The translations under genes and the position numbers were made by a program. 64,000 nt of DNA from Longimicrobiales bacterium (GTDB taxonomy: Bacteria > Gemmatimonadota > Gemmatimonadetes > Longimicrobiales > Gaopeijiaceae): positions 436,651-500,650 of the forward strand of contig JAWLHJ010000002.1 in assembly GCA_041690395.1 (NCBI GenBank). The letters are read 5' to 3'. The notes under the pieces were generated by a model. The model worked only from the letters and a program-made list of their open reading frames with translations. It was not told where the DNA came from and did not search any database. Below, in pieces: positions 28,292 through 38,637 of this stretch. Every line of letters begins with the position of its first letter. Within the stretch, counting starts at the first letter, position 1.

Positions 28292-28528
28292 CTACACCCC
28301 GTTCCGGTAGGCGCGAACGAGGACCAGGACGAGCAGAGTGTAGAGCGCGAGCAGGACGACCCAGAGGAACGGAAGGCCGCCGACGACCGGCTCGATCCGG
28401 TTCCAGAGCGTGTGCGTGAACGGCGGCATGCAGAGCGCGAACAGCACGAGGAACGTTACCGTCGCGCGCCGGCCGGCGGCCGTTCGCGGGAGGAAGTGGG
28501 ATCGAGGTACGGGTCCGGGGGCGCTCAT
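28292..28528 (-). CDS. Small 2-TM SSS partner protein (DUF3311/DUF997-like)
   Basis: 78 aa; WNRIEPVVGGLPFLW motif; lies immediately upstream of the symporter. Confidence 0.75.
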   Translation of the reverse strand: MSAPGPVPRSHFLPRTAAGRRATVTFLVLFALCMPPFTHTLWNRIEPVVGGLPFLWVVLLALYTLLVLVLVRAYRNGV

Positions 28529-28604
28529 GGGGCGCGAACATGGGCCAGGCGGGCGCGGGCGGGCAAGGTCGGGGGCGTCCAGGAGCGGGGCGACCCCCCG
28601 AGGC

Positions 28605-29939
28605 TCACCCTCCGTCGAACAGGCGAGCGACCGCGGCGCGGTCGACCTTCCCGTTGGCGTTCCGGGGGAGGCTGTCCGCCACCTTCCACATCTTGGGGCG
28701 CTTGGGTCCGCCCACGCGCGCGCGCACGAAGTCCTCCACCTCGGCGAGGTCGAACGAGTCCCAGACCGGCACGAGCGCGGCCGCCACGGTCTCGCCCCAC
28801 TCACGGCTGGGAAGCCCCACCACGGCCGCGTCCCTCACGGCGGGGTGCGCCCGCAGCAGGTCTTCCACCTCGGCGGGATCGACGTTCACGCCTCCCGAGA
28901 TGATCCGCTCGGACCGGCGTCCGGTGATCCAGAGTAGCCCTTCGTCGTCGAGCGAGCCCAGGTCGCCGGTGTGATACCATCCGTCTTCGTCCACGAGGGC
29001 GGGCGCCCCGTCGGATCCGACGTACCCGAGCGCCCGGGTCGGCCCGCGCACGAGTAGCTCGCCGTCGTCGGAGAACTCCACCTCGACGCCCGGGAGCGGC
29101 GCCCCGACCGTGCCGGGTCGCGAGCGGGTCAGGGCGGGGGGTGCCGTGGCGACCTGTGACCACATCTCGGTCATGCCGTACGTGAGGGACACGGGCCACC
29201 CTGCGTCGACGGCCCGGTGGACCAGGTCGCCCGGGGCATGCGCGCCACCGATGAGGACACAGCGGAGCGCCGGTGGGGCCGGGTCGGCGCCCCACGCGGC
29301 CAGGAGGCGGTCGAGCTGCGTCGGCACGAGCGAGAGGTGCGTGACGGACGGACGGTGCGCGTCGGTGTCGCGCCTGCGGAGCAGACGGACCAGCCCGTGC
29401 GTGTCGATGGGGCCGTGGGCCACCAGGGCCGCCCCGGTCAGCACGGCGCGTGCGACGAGCGCCAGCCCGCCCACGTGCGCCGGAGAGAGGGACGCGAGCC
29501 AGACCTCCGAGCCATCCAACTCCAGGCGCTCGCTCACGGCGCGCACGTGGGCCTCGAGTCCGGCCCGGCCGAGCGCCACCCCTCTGGGGCTCCCCGACGT
29601 GCCCGACGTCCAGAGCACGGCCTGGGCGCCCCCGGGCGCGCGGTCTAGCCGCGAAACGGCGGCCGCGCGCTCGCGCTCGGTGAGCCGGGCGTTGAGCGGA
29701 GCCGGCACTGCGCCGAGCCGCCAGAGCGCCAGGAGCGTCAGGACGCCGTCGAGGTCCGCTTCGAGCACGACCGGGTGGAGGCTCGCCTCCGCCACGCCGC
29801 CGGCCCGAAGCGCTTCCGCACGCGCCGTCACGGCCCTGTCGAGCTCGGCCCGCCCGAGCGACGCGCCCCCGCCCGACACCGCGAGGCCGTCCGGGTCCCT
29901 GCCCTCCAGCGCGGCGGCCGCGACGTCGAGCGGGCTCAT
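28605..29939 (-). CDS. menE: o-succinylbenzoate--CoA ligase
   Basis: TSGTSGSP, HVGGL, TYGMTE, YHTGDLG, GR...IISGGVNV, GKVDR; last gene of the men operon; ATGA overlap with menA. Confidence 0.85.
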   Translation of the reverse strand: MSPLDVAAAALEGRDPDGLAVSGGGASLGRAELDRAVTARAEALRAGGVAEASLHPVVLEADLDGVLTLLALWRLGAVPAPLNARLTERERAAAVSRLDRAPGGAQAVLWTSGTSGSPRGVALGRAGLEAHVRAVSERLELDGSEVWLASLSPAHVGGLALVARAVLTGAALVAHGPIDTHGLVRLLRRRDTDAHRPSVTHLSLVPTQLDRLLAAWGADPAPPALRCVLIGGAHAPGDLVHRAVDAGWPVSLTYGMTEMWSQVATAPPALTRSRPGTVGAPLPGVEVEFSDDGELLVRGPTRALGYVGSDGAPALVDEDGWYHTGDLGSLDDEGLLWITGRRSERIISGGVNVDPAEVEDLLRAHPAVRDAAVVGLPSREWGETVAAALVPVWDSFDLAEVEDFVRARVGGPKRPKMWKVADSLPRNANGKVDRAAVARLFDGG

Positions 29940-30832
29940 CCCGCGGCAAAGCCGATGGCGAGCAGCCCCCCGTACAGGGCTACCACCCGCGCCGTCTGCC
30001 CCAGGGTCGGGAGGAGCTCGGCGGGCTCCCGGTACGTGAAGACCGTCCTGGCAGGCCGCGCGGCGGCGGCGATCGCGAGCACCGCCAGGAACGCGGCGGG
30101 CGGCCAGCCGAGGAGCACGACCCCGACCGGCGGGACCACGAGTGCCGCCGCGAGCAGCAGGGCGTATTCGACCCTGCTCCACACCGGCCCGATCCGCACG
30201 GCGAGGGTGCGCTTTCCCGCGCGGGCGTCCGTGGGAAGGTCGCGCAGATTGTTCACGACCAGGATGGCGGTGCTCAACGCCCCGAGCCCCACCCCGGCGA
30301 GCAGGGCGTCCGGCGGCCACGCCAGCGCCTGCACCCAGTACGTCCCGCCCACGGCGACCAGACCGAAAAAGACGAAGACGAAGACGTCGCCCAGACCGTG
30401 GTACGCCAGCGGGTACGGGCCGCCCGTGTACAGCACCGCGCAGGCCACGGAAGCCACGCCGATGGCGAAGATCGGCCATCCGCCGACGGCGACGAGATAC
30501 ACGCCCACGAGCACGGCGAGCCCCAGGACGACGATCATGCCGCGCCTCACCGCCTCGGGCCGCAGGATACCCGCCTGGGTGACCCGCACGGGTCCCACGC
30601 GCTCCTCGGTGTCCGTCCCCCGCACGAAGTCGTAGTAGTCGTTCGCGAAGTTGGTGCCGATCTGGATCAGGGCCGCGCCGAACAGCGCCCCGAGCGCCGG
30701 ACCGACGTTGGCTACCCCGTGATGGGCGGCCAGGCCGGTCCCGGCCAACACCGGCGCCAGGGCCGCGGTGAGCGTCTTCGGGCGCGCCGCGAGGAGCCAT
30801 GCACGCGCCCGGGAGATCGGCGCGCCGCTCAC
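29936..30832 (-). CDS. menA: 1,4-dihydroxy-2-naphthoate prenyltransferase
   Basis: AARPKTL, NFANDYYD, YTGGPYPLAY.GLGD, NNLRD..TD..AGKRTLAV. Confidence 0.95.
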   Translation of the reverse strand: MSGAPISRARAWLLAARPKTLTAALAPVLAGTGLAAHHGVANVGPALGALFGAALIQIGTNFANDYYDFVRGTDTEERVGPVRVTQAGILRPEAVRRGMIVVLGLAVLVGVYLVAVGGWPIFAIGVASVACAVLYTGGPYPLAYHGLGDVFVFVFFGLVAVGGTYWVQALAWPPDALLAGVGLGALSTAILVVNNLRDLPTDARAGKRTLAVRIGPVWSRVEYALLLAAALVVPPVGVVLLGWPPAAFLAVLAIAAAARPARTVFTYREPAELLPTLGQTARVVALYGGLLAIGFAAG

Positions 30833-30881
30833 CGGCCGGCCGGCCCCGTCGGGGAAGGGTCCGGGACCGGCCGGCGGTGCA

Positions 30882-31721
30882 TCACCAGGGAAGCCACTTG
30901 AACTTGCGGAAGTCCGGCTTGCGCTTCTCGACGTAGGCGTTCCGTCCCTCCTGCCCCTGCTCGGTCATATAGAAGAGGAGCGTGGCGTTGCCGGCGAGCT
31001 CCTGCAGACCGGCCTGGCCGTCCACGTCGGCATTGAAGGCGCTCTTCATGAGCCGGATCGCGAGCGGGCTCTTGTCGAGGATCTCCTGGGCCCACTGCCA
31101 CCCCTCGGCTTCGAGCTCCTCGATGGGAACCACCTTGTTCACCATCCCCATCTCGTAGGCTTCCTCCGCAGTGTACTGCCGACAGAGGTACCAGATCTCG
31201 CGGGCGCGCTTCTGTCCAACCTGGCGCGCGAGGTACGAGGCGCCGAAGCCGCCATCGAACGACCCCACGACCGGGCCGGTCTGGCCGAACTTCGCTCCCG
31301 CCGCCGCGATCGTCATATCGCAGATGACATGGAGGACGTGCCCTCCCCCGATGGCGAAGCCCGGAACGAGCGCGATCACCGGCTTCGGCATCGAGCGGAT
31401 GTAGCGCTGCAGCTCCAGCACGTTCAGACGGGGCACTCCGCTCTTCCCCACGTAGCCGGCCTCGCCGCGGACCTTCTGGTCGCCGCCCGAGCAGAACGCC
31501 CACTTGCCGTCCTTCGCGGGCCCGTTCCCGGTGAGCAGCACCACACCGATGTCGGTGTCCTCGCCGGCATCCCGGAAGGCCTCCTGCATCTCCAGCAGCG
31601 TATCCGGACGGAAGGCGTTGCGCACCTCGGGCCTGTTGAAGGCGATCCGTGCCACGCCGTCGCACTTGTGGTAGGTGATGTCTTCGTAGGACCGGACTTC
31701 CTTCCAGTCGGGCTTGCTCAT
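30882..31721 (-). CDS. menB: 1,4-dihydroxy-2-naphthoyl-CoA synthase
   Basis: [45 protein letters not shown]. Confidence 0.97.
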   Translation of the reverse strand: MSKPDWKEVRSYEDITYHKCDGVARIAFNRPEVRNAFRPDTLLEMQEAFRDAGEDTDIGVVLLTGNGPAKDGKWAFCSGGDQKVRGEAGYVGKSGVPRLNVLELQRYIRSMPKPVIALVPGFAIGGGHVLHVICDMTIAAAGAKFGQTGPVVGSFDGGFGASYLARQVGQKRAREIWYLCRQYTAEEAYEMGMVNKVVPIEELEAEGWQWAQEILDKSPLAIRLMKSAFNADVDGQAGLQELAGNATLLFYMTEQGQEGRNAYVEKRKPDFRKFKWLPW

Positions 31722-33541
31722 TCTGGCAGTTTCTCCTCGAGGGTTGATGAGAGGGTGGTGGTCACGGCGTCGGTCACGGCCTCCGCCACGGCCGACGCGA
31801 TCTCGGCGCGCCGGGCTCGGGCGGCGCCCCGGTCCGTAGGGAGCCGGAGCACCGAGGTACCGCCGCGGCTGGCCGCCTTCGCGACCTCGCCCTCGAGCGT
31901 GGTCGGCGTCACGTCCCGGAACTCGATGCCGTGCAGAGCGGCCGCGTGGCGGAAGTCGAGGCCGTGCGGCGTCGCGAAGAAGGTCGTGAACTCGGGCTCG
32001 TGGTCCGAGATCGGGAGCATGTGGAAGATACCCCCGCCGTCGTTGTCGACGAGGACGAAGACCACGGCGAGGTCGGCCTCACGGCTCCACAGCAGGCCGT
32101 TCTGGTCGTGGAAGAGCGCGAGATCACCCAACACGCACACGACCGGGCGCCCCAGCCCCGCCGACACACCGAATGCCGTCGACACGATGCCGTCGATGCC
32201 GCTCGCGCCCCGGTTGCCGAGCACCGCCCAGCTCCGCTCGTCGGGCACGCCGAACACGTCCAGGTCCCGCACGGGCATGGAGCTCGACACGAACACGGCG
32301 GCCTCCGGAAGGGCCCCCGCCAGCCGGCGCCACAGCGCGCCCTCATGGGTGGGCGCGGGGTCCTCGTCGGCTTCGGCGAGCACGCGGCGGGCTGCCCCGT
32401 CCGCGGCGCGCCAGAGCCCCGTCCACCCGGCGTGGCCGGAGTCACGGCCGCGCGCCCGGCCCATCCCGAGCGCGTCCCCGACGAGCTCGAGGGCCGCCAC
32501 CGGGTCTCCGGTCAGGTACTCGGTCACGGTCGCGCCGTGGTCCTTCCATCGGGCTCCACCGTCGACGACCACGTAGGGCGTGCCGTTCTGCTCCACGAGC
32601 CAGTCCTGGAGCACCGCCGACGTGGGCGAGCTGCCGACCCGCACGATCATCTCGGGCGCGAGGGCGGCCCGGGCCGCGGGGGCCCTGAGCAGGAAGTCGT
32701 AGGCGGCAACCCGCAGCGCACCGTGGTCCGGCCCGAAGCGGGCGCCCGAAAGTGGGTCCGCGAGGACCGGGAAGCCCACGCGCGCCGCGAACCGCAGCAC
32801 GGCCGGCCCGATACGATCGGGGTCCGAGGACGGGCCGGCAACGACCAGCCCTCGCCCCCCGGAGCACAGCTCGGCCAGCCGCGCCACCGGGTCGGCGGCC
32901 GGGGCCGCACCCTGCCGCGACACCGCGGTGAACGGGCGCCCGTCGGGCCGTCCCCGAACGGCCAGCGGATGCTCGGCCGCGAGCGCATCGATGCCGTCCT
33001 CGATGGGTTCGAGCGGCTTGTCGAACGGGAAGTTCACGTGGACTGCCCCCGCCGGCGGCCCGCTCGCCACGTCGACCGCCCGGCACGCCATCTGGCGGAG
33101 ATGCCGCAGCTCCGGCCCGGTCGCGGCGGAAGGACCGGCCTCGAAGAACGCCCGCGCGTAGGTCCCGAAGAGGCGGCTCTGGTCGATCGCCTGGTTGGCG
33201 TCGGAGCCCCTCAGTCGAGGCGGCCGATCGGCCGTCAGCACGAGCAGCGGGGTCTCCGCCTGGTTCGCCTCGACGACGGCCGGGAACAGGTTCGCCACCG
33301 CCGAGCCGGAGGTCGTCACGACCGCCGCCGGGACGCCTGTCGCCTTCCCCACGCCGAGCGCGAAGAACGCGGCCGACCGCTCGTCGAGGTGCACCCGCAT
33401 ACGGAACCGTCCGTCGCGCGCGAAGGCCATGACCAGCGGCGTCGATCGCGATCCCGGCGCGACCGCGATCTCCCTCACCCCCGAGCGCGCGAGCTCGTCG
33501 ACCCAGGCACGCGCCCAGAGGGTGTTGGCCGGCCCGCTCAC
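31718..33541 (-). CDS. menD: SEPHCHC synthase (ThDP-dependent)
   Basis: [44 protein letters not shown]..., NDGGGIF; GTG 33541 overlaps the menF stop. Confidence 0.95.
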   Translation of the reverse strand: MSGPANTLWARAWVDELARSGVREIAVAPGSRSTPLVMAFARDGRFRMRVHLDERSAAFFALGVGKATGVPAAVVTTSGSAVANLFPAVVEANQAETPLLVLTADRPPRLRGSDANQAIDQSRLFGTYARAFFEAGPSAATGPELRHLRQMACRAVDVASGPPAGAVHVNFPFDKPLEPIEDGIDALAAEHPLAVRGRPDGRPFTAVSRQGAAPAADPVARLAELCSGGRGLVVAGPSSDPDRIGPAVLRFAARVGFPVLADPLSGARFGPDHGALRVAAYDFLLRAPAARAALAPEMIVRVGSSPTSAVLQDWLVEQNGTPYVVVDGGARWKDHGATVTEYLTGDPVAALELVGDALGMGRARGRDSGHAGWTGLWRAADGAARRVLAEADEDPAPTHEGALWRRLAGALPEAAVFVSSSMPVRDLDVFGVPDERSWAVLGNRGASGIDGIVSTAFGVSAGLGRPVVCVLGDLALFHDQNGLLWSREADLAVVFVLVDNDGGGIFHMLPISDHEPEFTTFFATPHGLDFRHAAALHGIEFRDVTPTTLEGEVAKAASRGGTSVLRLPTDRGAARARRAEIASAVAEAVTDAVTTTLSSTLEEKLPE

Positions 33542-35001
33542 GTCCGCTCCCGCCCGGCCTCGGCGCCGACGGACGACGACCTCTCGGCCGAATCGCCCCT
33601 CGCGCCACCGCCCGCGCCCTGGAGCCCGTCGTCGGGAAGGCGTGCGCCGCCCGCCACGAGCGCCTCGAGCATCGGCTCGAACTTGATCCCCGTCTCCTCC
33701 CACTCCGAGGCCGGCACCGAGCCTTCCACGATGCCGGCGCCGGCGAACAGACTCCAATGGCTTCCGCGCGCGACGCCCGTCCTCAGCGCAGGTGCGAACA
33801 CGCCGTTCCCCTCGGCGTCGAACCAGCCGACCGGGCCGGCGTACCACCCGCGCTCGAATGGCTCACCCGCGGCGAGGACGTCGAGGGCGGCGTCGCGCGG
33901 GAGACCGCACACCGCGGGCGTGGGATGCAGGATGCGGAGGAGATCGAGCACGCCGACGCCGGCCGGCACGCTGGCCCGGATCTCGGTCTCGAGGTGTTGG
34001 ATGCGGGCGAGGGTCAGCACGTGCGGCTGGGGGTCCGAGCGGATCTGCTGCGCCACGGTCGACAGTCGGGCGATCATGTCGTCCAGGGCGATCCGTTGCT
34101 CCGCCCGGTCCTTGTCGCTGGCCAGGAGCTTCGCGGCGAGCTCCGCCTGCTCGCGCGGCCCCCGCCCCCGCCGGATCGATCCGGCCACCGCGGTCGCGTG
34201 GAAGACGCCGTCGCGCAGCGTGGCCACGGTCTCGGGAGCGGCCCCGACCAGCGCCGCGTCGATCTCGGGCTCGAAGAGGAAGACATGGCTGCCACGGTTG
34301 GCCAACCAGAGGTGGAGCACGACGTCGACCGGGTCGATGCGACGGTCGAGCGTGACCGACAGCGTGCGGGCGAGTACCGCCTTGGAGATCCGACCTTCCC
34401 GGATGGCGGCCAGGCAACCCTCGACGGCTTCCTCCCACCGCGCCCGCTCGCCGGTTTCGACCGTGCCCGGCACCGCCGGCCCTTCCCGCGACGGAGCCTC
34501 CCCGCTCGACGTCAGCTCGGCACGGGCGGCCTCGGCCAGATGTCGCAGCCGCGCCAGCGTATCGCCCTCACGCCCGGGCTCGGTCCTCGCTCGCGCTCTC
34601 AGCCAGGCGTCGCCGGACGCGTCACCCTCGAGCTCCAGCTCGGGAACCACGAACCGGGCACGGGAGAATCCCGCCCACGCGCCGTCCGCGACGTGTCCGT
34701 CCCGGAAGGAGAAGCCACCGTAGAAGCGGACGCGGGGAGCTCGTGTGGTGCCCGGCGCCAGGACGGGGTTCTCTGCGAGCGCACGGGCGCGCCTCGCGAC
34801 GTCGGCGAAGCGGTCGTCGCCGGAAGGCACGCCGTCGACGACGATCTCCGCGGCAACGCCCCGGTGGGCGACCCAACGGTCACCCCGAGCCCAGAAACCT
34901 CGCCGCGCCGCGGGCAACTGGCCGAGGAACGCGTCGGGGCGCAGATCGGGTGCGGGAATCGTGACGGTCGCGAGACGCTGGCTGTCCATATCTCGGCTCA
35001 C
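33538..35001 (-). CDS. menF: Isochorismate synthase
   Basis: KAVLAR, GAAPE, AVAGS, LHPTPAVCG.P, ERGWYAGPVGW, AGAGIV.GS; GTG start after AGGAG. Confidence 0.92.
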   Translation of the reverse strand: MSRDMDSQRLATVTIPAPDLRPDAFLGQLPAARRGFWARGDRWVAHRGVAAEIVVDGVPSGDDRFADVARRARALAENPVLAPGTTRAPRVRFYGGFSFRDGHVADGAWAGFSRARFVVPELELEGDASGDAWLRARARTEPGREGDTLARLRHLAEAARAELTSSGEAPSREGPAVPGTVETGERARWEEAVEGCLAAIREGRISKAVLARTLSVTLDRRIDPVDVVLHLWLANRGSHVFLFEPEIDAALVGAAPETVATLRDGVFHATAVAGSIRRGRGPREQAELAAKLLASDKDRAEQRIALDDMIARLSTVAQQIRSDPQPHVLTLARIQHLETEIRASVPAGVGVLDLLRILHPTPAVCGLPRDAALDVLAAGEPFERGWYAGPVGWFDAEGNGVFAPALRTGVARGSHWSLFAGAGIVEGSVPASEWEETGIKFEPMLEALVAGGARLPDDGLQGAGGGARGDSAERSSSVGAEAGRERT

Positions 35002-35113
35002 CCGAGCTCCTGGCTATGAAACGCATGCGTGGCGCGCGTGGCGCGTCGCCAATATATCAGCCCTCGTCGTAACTTTGGTCGATCGCGCACGTTCACTCGA
35101 ACCCACCACGCCC

Positions 35114-36058
35114 ATGAACCGTCATGTCCCGAGTGTCGCCACGGCGCTCATGATCCTCCTGTCCGCGGGATGCGCCGGGGACGGCGACGAGTCCGACGCG
35201 CCCGGAGGGAGCGGAGCGGCGGAGGCGCCGACGTTCCCCCTCGACGCGGACATCTGGGTGGCGGAGCTGGGATCGGCCGGCGGCACCGTGTCGATCGGGG
35301 CCGTGAGAGAGGCCATCCACCGTCAGGGATACGACAACCAGCCGTTCTTCACGCCGGACGGGTCCGCCTTCTGGTTCACCGCACTCGACGAGCACTCCGG
35401 CCAGACCGACATCTTCCGCTGGGGCTTCGACGGAGCCTTCGAGCAGATCACGAACAGCGCGCCCGAGAGCGAGTACTCGGCCACGCCGATCCCGGACGGG
35501 TCGGGGCTCTCCGTGATCCGCGTCGAGGCGGACTCCACCCAGCGGCTGTGGAAGATTCCGTTCGACGGGTCCGAGCCGACGGTCATCCTCCCCGACGTCG
35601 CGCCCGCGGGCTACCACGCCTGGGCGAGCCCGGACACGATCGCGCTCTTCGTGCTCGGCGATCCGCCGACGCTCCGGGTGGCGGACGTGCAGACCGGCTC
35701 GGCACGCATCGTCGCCGAAGGCATCGGACGGTCGATCCGCACGATCCCGGGGGAGCATGCCGTGAGCTTCGTTCGGACCCCGGGGGACGGCCCGGCCATG
35801 CTGACGCGCTGGGACACGGACGGCACGCTGACCCCGCTCGTCGCGACCGTCGGGGGCGGCGACTTCCACGCCTGGACGCCCGACGGGACCGTGCTGATGG
35901 CCCGAGGCGCCGAGATCCATGCGTGGCGCCCGGGTGACGAGGGCTGGACGCTGGTCGCGGACCTCTCCGAGCACAACGTGCGCCTGACGCGCCTCGCGGT
36001 CAGCCCGGACGGGCGCCACATTGCCATGGTGGTCGAGCCCGGGGACGTGACGCTCTAG
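35114..36058 (+). CDS. Lipoprotein with PD40/TolB-like beta-propeller
   Basis: Lipobox LSAGC; GYDNQPFFTPDG, SEYSATP, WTPDG, AVSPDG. Confidence 0.75.
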   Translation: MNRHVPSVATALMILLSAGCAGDGDESDAPGGSGAAEAPTFPLDADIWVAELGSAGGTVSIGAVREAIHRQGYDNQPFFTPDGSAFWFTALDEHSGQTDIFRWGFDGAFEQITNSAPESEYSATPIPDGSGLSVIRVEADSTQRLWKIPFDGSEPTVILPDVAPAGYHAWASPDTIALFVLGDPPTLRVADVQTGSARIVAEGIGRSIRTIPGEHAVSFVRTPGDGPAMLTRWDTDGTLTPLVATVGGGDFHAWTPDGTVLMARGAEIHAWRPGDEGWTLVADLSEHNVRLTRLAVSPDGRHIAMVVEPGDVTL

Positions 36059-36109
36059 CACTCGAGCCCGCCGACCGCCACCGGAACAGAAACCACCACG
36101 GGACCGCAC

Positions 36110-38155
36110 ATGCTCCGCACCACCTTCATCGCCGCGCTCACGCTGGCGGCCACCGCGCCGCTCGCACCCCTCCGCGCCCAGACGCCGCCCGCTTCGGAGC
36201 TCCGCATCGAGGCGAGCGTGGACCGGATCGCCGTCGAGACCGGGCAGCGCGCACCGTTCTCCGCCCGGGTGCTCGACGGGCGGGGCGGAGAAGTGGACCT
36301 GCCCCTGCGCATCGTCGGTCCCCGCTCGGCCGTGGAGATCGAGGAGGGATGGGTCACCGGGGTGACGCCGGGCGATCACGAGCTCTTCGTGACCGCCGTG
36401 CTCCCCGCCGGCGCGGGCGAGCCGCCGAGCCTTACGGTCCCCGTCACGGTGACGTGGCCCGCGGTCACGCGCATCGAGGTCGAGCCGGAGTCCGGCGAGC
36501 TCTACGTCGGGACCACCCTGGCGCACGCGGCGGAAGCTCGCCACGCGGACGGGACCGAGCGGCCCGACGCCCCGGTCGAGTGGCGCTCCTCGGATCCGTC
36601 GGTGGCCACGGTCGACGGCTTCGGCAACGTCACGGGGGTGACCGCGGGCACCGTGGAGATCACCGCCGCCTTCGAGCGGGGCGAAGCGTCGATCGCGCAC
36701 ACCGTCCGCGCGTTCCCGGCGGCCTCCCTCGCGCTGGAGGGTGGCGTCGAAGAGGCCCGCACCGGCGACGTGGTGCGCCTCCGCGCCCTGCTGCGCGACG
36801 AAAGCGGCACCGTGCTGGACGACGTGCCGGTGACCTGGAGCCACGCGTACACGCCCACCGACGGAATGCTCGGCGTCCCGGCGACCGGCCAGATCCGGGA
36901 CGGCGCGTACGTCGCGGACGTTCCCGGCATCCACACGGTGGTCGCCACGGCCGGCCCCCTCGCCGCGCGTCACTCGTTCCGGGCCGTCGCCCGCGACGTG
37001 GTCCAGGAGGTCGAGGTCACGGGCCACGCGCTCGAGAGCTGGTACCGCACCACCGACATCTGGGTGTTCGAGGGCGTCGACGGCCGCGACTACGCCATCA
37101 CCGGCTCGAAGGTCTCCGGCGGCTACGCGTTCTTCTACGACGTTACGAACCCTGGCGCCATCGAGAAGATCGACTCGCTCCAGGTCGACGCGCGCACGGT
37201 GAACGACGTGAAAGCCTCGCCCGACGGCCGCTACGCGGTGCTCTCCCGCGAGGGCGCCACCAACCGCCGCGACGGGCTGGTCATCGTCGACATGGCCGAC
37301 CCGAGGAATCCGGTGGTGGCCTCGATCTTCGACGAGGGGATCACGGGCGGGGTCCACAACATGTTCGCCGAGGACGACTACCTCTACGCGCTGTCGAACG
37401 GCGACAAGTACGTGATCGTCGACATGTCGGACATCTACGAGCCCCGCTTCGTATCCGAGTACAACCATCCGAACTCGCGACTCCACGACGTGTGGGTGAA
37501 CGACGGGCTCGCGTACTCGTCGGAGTGGCAGACGGGCGTCGTGGTCGTGGACGTCGGCGACGGACGCTGGGGCGGGTCACCGGAGAATCCGGTCTTCGTG
37601 ACGTCGTACGCCACCCCATCGGGCGCGACCCACGCGGCGTTCCCGTACTTCCAGGAATCGACCGGGAAGACGTACCTCTTCCTCGGTGACGAGATCATGC
37701 AGCGGCGGGGGCTCGCTTGGGCCGGCTATCCGTCGTCCATGGGGTCCTACTCGAACCGGTACGACCCCGAGACGGGCACGGGCGGCATCCCCCTGGTCAC
37801 CCGCGGATACATCCAGGTCATCGACTTCACCGACCCGGAGAATCCCGAGATGGTCGCCCGTTACGAGGTGCCGGAGTTCGGGACGCACAACATGTGGGTC
37901 GAGGACGACAAGCTCTACCAGGCGTACTACGAGGGCGGACTGAGGGTCGTCGACGTGAGCGGTGAGCTCATGGGCAACCTGTACACGCAGGGGCGGGAGA
38001 TCGCCGTGTTCAAATCCGCCTCTCCCGCGGGATACACTCCGAACGCGACCATGGTGTGGGGCACGATGCCCCACAAGGGTCACATCTTCTTCAGCGATAC
38101 CAACTCGGGCATCTGGTCCGTGCGGCTGGTGCCGAGGACGCGACCGGTCTCCTGA
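36110..38155 (+). CDS. Secreted Ig-like (Big_2) plus LVIVD-repeat protein
   Basis: Signal peptide; WRSSDPSVATVD (Big_2); LVIVD-type repeats (GLVIVD, GVVVVDV, GLRVVDV) with HN/HD motifs. Confidence 0.8.
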   Translation: MLRTTFIAALTLAATAPLAPLRAQTPPASELRIEASVDRIAVETGQRAPFSARVLDGRGGEVDLPLRIVGPRSAVEIEEGWVTGVTPGDHELFVTAVLPAGAGEPPSLTVPVTVTWPAVTRIEVEPESGELYVGTTLAHAAEARHADGTERPDAPVEWRSSDPSVATVDGFGNVTGVTAGTVEITAAFERGEASIAHTVRAFPAASLALEGGVEEARTGDVVRLRALLRDESGTVLDDVPVTWSHAYTPTDGMLGVPATGQIRDGAYVADVPGIHTVVATAGPLAARHSFRAVARDVVQEVEVTGHALESWYRTTDIWVFEGVDGRDYAITGSKVSGGYAFFYDVTNPGAIEKIDSLQVDARTVNDVKASPDGRYAVLSREGATNRRDGLVIVDMADPRNPVVASIFDEGITGGVHNMFAEDDYLYALSNGDKYVIVDMSDIYEPRFVSEYNHPNSRLHDVWVNDGLAYSSEWQTGVVVVDVGDGRWGGSPENPVFVTSYATPSGATHAAFPYFQESTGKTYLFLGDEIMQRRGLAWAGYPSSMGSYSNRYDPETGTGGIPLVTRGYIQVIDFTDPENPEMVARYEVPEFGTHNMWVEDDKLYQAYYEGGLRVVDVSGELMGNLYTQGREIAVFKSASPAGYTPNATMVWGTMPHKGHIFFSDTNSGIWSVRLVPRTRPVS

Positions 38156-38214
38156 GCTGCGGGCAGCGCGCGCACCGGCGGCGACGCCGCGGGAACGCGC
38201 CCGCGGGGGCGAGG

Positions 38215-38562
38215 TCAGCGCGCCGCCCACTCCTTCCACTCGTCCTCGGCCAGCCCGACGGTGATGTCCTTCCCGCTGCGCACGAGAGGCATGCGTAGGA
38301 TGAGGGGCTCGTCGGCGGCGATCTCCATCCAGCGGTCGGCGCCGTAGTGCGCCGCATGGAGGCCGAGCGCCTGGAAGCGCTTGCCGTCGCGGTCGATCAT
38401 CGCGTCGACGCCGAAGCGGTCGAAGAAGCGGCGCAGCTCCCCCTTCGAGGGGGCGCGCTCCTTGAAATCGACGAAGTGGACATTGATCCTTCGCTCCTTG
38501 AAGAAGCGGAGAGCCTTGCGTACCGTGGCGTCGTTCTTCACGCCGAAGATCTGGACGTTCAT
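38215..38562 (-). CDS. ArsC/Spx/YffB-family thioredoxin-fold protein lacking Cys
   Basis: VQIFG...TVRKALRFF, EL..F, LILRMPLV; no cysteine anywhere in the sequence. Confidence 0.8.
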   Translation of the reverse strand: MNVQIFGVKNDATVRKALRFFKERRINVHFVDFKERAPSKGELRRFFDRFGVDAMIDRDGKRFQALGLHAAHYGADRWMEIAADEPLILRMPLVRSGKDITVGLAEDEWKEWAAR

Positions 38563-38637
38563 GCGGCCAAGGTAGCCCGCTTTCGCGAACGTTCAACACG
38601 TCGCCGAACCCCTTCGGCGACCCGCCAGGGGCGATCC

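Noticed and set aside
29940..30800. Apparent MenA-MenE fusion (731-aa ORF); likewise extended MenD, ADC-like and HEAT-PPIase ORFs
   Set aside because: The extensions are off-frame overlaps of the upstream genes. Coupled stop/start junctions define the real starts.
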